A DNA stretch of 39,202 nt from an uncultured Deinococcales bacterium (GTDB lineage: Bacteria; Deinococcota; Deinococci; Deinococcales; JAAFIG01), in the NCBI GenBank assembly GCA_964244895.1, contig CAXTKV010000019.1, positions 1 to 39,202 of the forward strand, given 5' to 3'. Below the pieces are notes generated by a model that saw nothing but the letters and a program-made list of their open reading frames with translations, did no database searches and was not told the DNA's origin. Numbering within the stretch: the stretch's first letter is position 1; each line of letters opens with the position of its first letter. A program made the position numbers and the translations under genes. Below are positions 36,268-39,202 of the stretch, one piece after another.

Positions 36268-36681
36268 CGCTCAAGCTTGTTTTCGCGGGCTGTATACATC
36301 CGTGCCCAACCTGACAGAATGCTCAGCTTGACCGCGATGAACCAAGCGGAACGCCGCAAACGCCAGCTCGAGGGCGCGATAGACGTTCGCGAAACGGCCA
36401 AGGTGGCGCTCGAACGGCCAGCCCAACAGGTTGTTCGTCAAGGCAACAATGAGCCCTGCCCTTCATTCGAGATGCATGTGGCTCCATTGGCTCGAGGTCC
36501 GGTGAAGGCCAGACAGGTTCGCTCTCAGGACTCGAGCGGATCGATTTGAGCGCAAAATAAGCGCGTTCTGAACGCAGAACGTTGCCCATTTGGGGGCTGC
36601 GGCTTCCGCATGGTTTACCATCGGGAAACCGCGCAGCGAAGGACTTTTTGAGGAAAGTATCCAGGACTGGATGGTTTTTTC

Positions 36682-37680
36682 GTGCGAAATGGAACGCGAT
36701 CACATCCGCAGCCAGTCAGCCCCATTCGGCTGGGGTTGGCGGCAACCTTGGCGATCAGTCTCGCGCTCGGGGCGGGGCTCACGGCGCTGTCGTACTGGGG
36801 GCTCCTGGGTCAGTTCGAGGCCGTGCGCATGGAGCGCGATCGGCTCGAGGGGCGGGCGTTCGTGCTCGGATCGCGCGTCCGCCTGATGGCCAACGAACTC
36901 GGGGCCGAAAGGAAGCGCGAGACCCGCATGTCCAGAGCCCTCGAGAGCGAACGCGCGAGGGTCGCGCGCTTCGACAAACGCGCCGCCGACCTCCAGAGGC
37001 GGGTCGCGGCGATATCAGACTCGGTCGCGCGCGTCGAGGCCGCGCTCGGTTCGCCGGACGCCATCGCCACACGCGCCTCGAAATGGGCGGGTGATCTCTC
37101 CGACCCCGCTCAAGCGCTCGAGTCGCTCTTCGGGCCGATCGCCTACGCGGACACGCGCGCGATCCGCGCGATCCAGACCCTCGAGAAGCGCGCGGATCAG
37201 GAGGCGCGCATCCCCAGCGGGTGGCCCGCCCAAGGACCCATCACCAGCACTTTTGGTTTTCGTTTCGGTCCCAAAACGGGCAAGCTCGAGCGCCACACCG
37301 GCTGGGACATCGCCGCTCCCCAGGGCACGCCCGCCCAGGTCACCGCGGCTGGCACGGTCATCGCGGCTGGATTCTCCGACGCAGGTTACGGTCTGCACGT
37401 GGTGGTCGATCACGGCAACGGCTTGAAAACACTCTACGGGCATCTTTCCGAGATCGAGGTTCAGGCCGGGGATGAGATCGCGCTCGGTGTCGTGGTCGGG
37501 TTGGTGGGTTCGACGGGGAACTCGACAGGTCCGCACCTGCACTACGAGGTGAGGCTGGAGGACGTAGCAGTCGATCCGGGTCCGTTCTTGGATCGTCAGC
37601 GACCACCGACACCGCTGCTCGGCCCGAGCGTCGCACCGTTGGGAACTGGTCTGCCGCCCTCGAGACCGCACGATCCCTGA
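36682..37680 (+). CDS. M23 family metallopeptidase with N-terminal TM helix and coiled coil
   Basis: Hydrophobic LGLAATLAISLALGAGLTAL; coiled coil; IPSGWPAQGPITSTFG.R, HTGWD (HxxxD), GYGLHVVVDHG, TLYGHLS, GSTGNSTGPHLHYEVR (HxH). Confidence 0.92.
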   Translation: MRNGTRSHPQPVSPIRLGLAATLAISLALGAGLTALSYWGLLGQFEAVRMERDRLEGRAFVLGSRVRLMANELGAERKRETRMSRALESERARVARFDKRAADLQRRVAAISDSVARVEAALGSPDAIATRASKWAGDLSDPAQALESLFGPIAYADTRAIRAIQTLEKRADQEARIPSGWPAQGPITSTFGFRFGPKTGKLERHTGWDIAAPQGTPAQVTAAGTVIAAGFSDAGYGLHVVVDHGNGLKTLYGHLSEIEVQAGDEIALGVVVGLVGSTGNSTGPHLHYEVRLEDVAVDPGPFLDRQRPPTPLLGPSVAPLGTGLPPSRPHDP

Positions 37681-37858
37681 GTTCGGTGTGACCTGGCTTG
37701 CAAGCGAGGCGCTCAGTGGGTCGTTCTTGACTCCCATCTGGGATCGCTCTGGACGAGGCCCGTGTTCAGTACGGCTGCGCGCGCATTGTTGAGCGCCGCC
37801 TCGCGTCCGAGCCCGTCAACGGGGGTAGGCTGAATGAAACGCGCGGGGGTGAACGAGA

Positions 37859-38713
37859 ATGCGAGAACGGGTGCGGGTTCAACGGAACGAACGCGAGGCC
37901 GAATCGGAACGTCGGAGCTTGCCCTCAAGCGTGGTTGAACATGGGCTTTCATCCCCTGGGCGACCGCTCGAAACGCCCACGCAGTCCGCGATGCAGGCGC
38001 GATTCGGTCACGATTTCAGCAGGGTGCGCGTTTTCAGCGACGAACAGGCCGCGCAGAGCGCGTCCGCCCTGAATGCGCGCGCCTACACCTTCGGGCCGAA
38101 CATCGTTTTCAACGCGGGCCAGTACCAGCCTGGCTCCGGTACGACGGATCGCTTGCTGGCGCACGAACTGACGCACGTCGTCCAGCAAGGGATGACCGGG
38201 CCGAACGCGATTGGGGCGAGCGGCATGGGGTTGGGTGCGCTGCCTGACGAACTCGAGATCAGCGATCCGAGCGACGCGGGCGAACTGGAGGCGACCCGTA
38301 CCGCCGAAGGCGTGATGGGCGGCGCGAGCGCCGAGGTCGGCCTCAGCGCTGGGCTATCGGTGCAGCGCGACCTGTTGGACACGCTGAAAAAGTGGGGCAG
38401 CGATGGCGTCCCGCTCGGCAAGGACTGGAACCTCAAACCCAAACCCGAATCGGAAACCGACGATCGCTACGACACGCCAGAGAACCGCCGCCGGGCCGAA
38501 GCGAAGGAAGCGGACGAGCGCGGCGAGCAACCCACGCCGCCCAAATGGTGGGAGCCAAAACCGCCTCCGCCCGCCCCTGATCCGAACAACAAATGGGATC
38601 CGATGAACTGGCCGCAAAAGCAGAAATCCCCAGAGTTTGAGCTACCGCCCGCTCCTGATCGTCCTCCGAAGGGTGATTTTCCCCTCCCCGGTGACGACGA
38701 TGCGTTCGCCTGA
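37859..38713 (+). CDS. DUF4157 cargo protein 4 with short Pro/Trp/charged C-terminus
   Basis: SPGRPLETPTQSAMQARFGHDFSRVRVF..ARAYTFGPNIVF..LLAHELTHVVQQ..ELEA..SVQR, then about 115 aa of low complexity. Confidence 0.88.
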   Translation: MRERVRVQRNEREAESERRSLPSSVVEHGLSSPGRPLETPTQSAMQARFGHDFSRVRVFSDEQAAQSASALNARAYTFGPNIVFNAGQYQPGSGTTDRLLAHELTHVVQQGMTGPNAIGASGMGLGALPDELEISDPSDAGELEATRTAEGVMGGASAEVGLSAGLSVQRDLLDTLKKWGSDGVPLGKDWNLKPKPESETDDRYDTPENRRRAEAKEADERGEQPTPPKWWEPKPPPPAPDPNNKWDPMNWPQKQKSPEFELPPAPDRPPKGDFPLPGDDDAFA

Positions 38714-38939
38714 GCGACTGGTTTTATTCCCATGAAGCCCATCCGGGACGTGCATTCCTTAAACTCGCGTTTCGTCGAAAACGTGCAGTTTAGGTTTGGG
38801 TCGTCCTGAACGCGAGAATCACTACAAGCTCCGTTGCGCGTGGCCTGCAAGGGTGACGCCCTGATTTTTTACGGCACGGTTCGGAACTTTGGCAGCGATT
38901 CGTTCTACGGCAATCCCATACTCTATTGAGTTGATGCGA

Positions 38940-38993
38940 ACGCCGTCCAGCACGCGAATCTCTGAACTCGAGAAAACGCGTGCTGGACGGCGT
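38940..38993. repeat. REP-like palindrome, copy 3 (17-bp arms)
   Basis: acgccgtccagcacgcg (38940-38956), 20-nt loop, cgcgtgctggacggcgt (38977-38993). Confidence 0.85.
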
Positions 38994-39202
38994 GTCTGCT
39001 TACGGGGATTCTGAGGAGTTTTCAGGAGATTGACAAGCTTGAATTAAACGCCCCGCCAGGTCAGATGACCATCTCGGCATTTGCGGAACCCCTTGGGTAT
39101 CAGGCATCATAATGCCGTCCATTACGAGACCTAACTGCTGTAAACCCGCAAACGCTATAACTACATCTTCTTTAGGCCAGCTAAGTTTGGGAGCAAGAAA
39201 AT

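Noticed and set aside
36300..36560. Short ORFs on both strands between the immunity and M23 genes (one has NEPCP, SEC-C-like)
   Set aside because: No RBS, the SEC-C Cys pattern is incomplete, and there is no other support.
39030..39113. TTGACA at 39030 and CATAAT near 39108 in the AT-richer window end
   Set aside because: Spacing is incompatible with a single sigma70 promoter, and the downstream gene is outside the window.

Overview
GC-rich bacterial window, probably Deinococcota (inference from strong CTCGAG enrichment and the PEGA/CsgG/lipoprotein gene content). Most of it is an Afp/PVC-type contractile injection system (CIS) locus. 1-17956 (+) is the structural operon: end of tube gene 1, tail-assembly chaperone, a 59-aa ORF, tube 2, a 1127-aa DUF4157/tape-measure-like protein, LysM tube initiator, VgrG spike, PAAR, gp25, baseplate J, an FHA-baseplate(gpI-like) fusion, a membrane-spanning Ser/Thr pseudokinase-FHA-Ig protein, Pvc16/DUF4255 and the Afp15-like AAA+ ATPase. 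The sheath gene is not in the window and presumably lies upstream. 18012-28615 (-) is a seven-gene envelope operon: two LPP20-like proteins, a FlgT-like protein, a CsgG-PEGA-beta-helix protein, a small OM beta-barrel and two paralogous lipoproteins. 29425-38713 (+) is a cargo region with four DUF4157 proteins that share an N-terminal module but have unrelated C-termini (beta-barrel-like, Zn-phospholipase C-like, toxin with a coupled putative immunity gene, Pro/Trp-rich), plus a second Pvc16 and an M23 peptidase. Best candidate for novelty: a CIS with no visible tail fibre, an FHA/pseudokinase module built into the baseplate operon, and a polymorphic DUF4157 cargo set whose (I/V)(S/Q)R junction looks like a processing site. 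All family calls come from motif recognition by eye; no searches were run.
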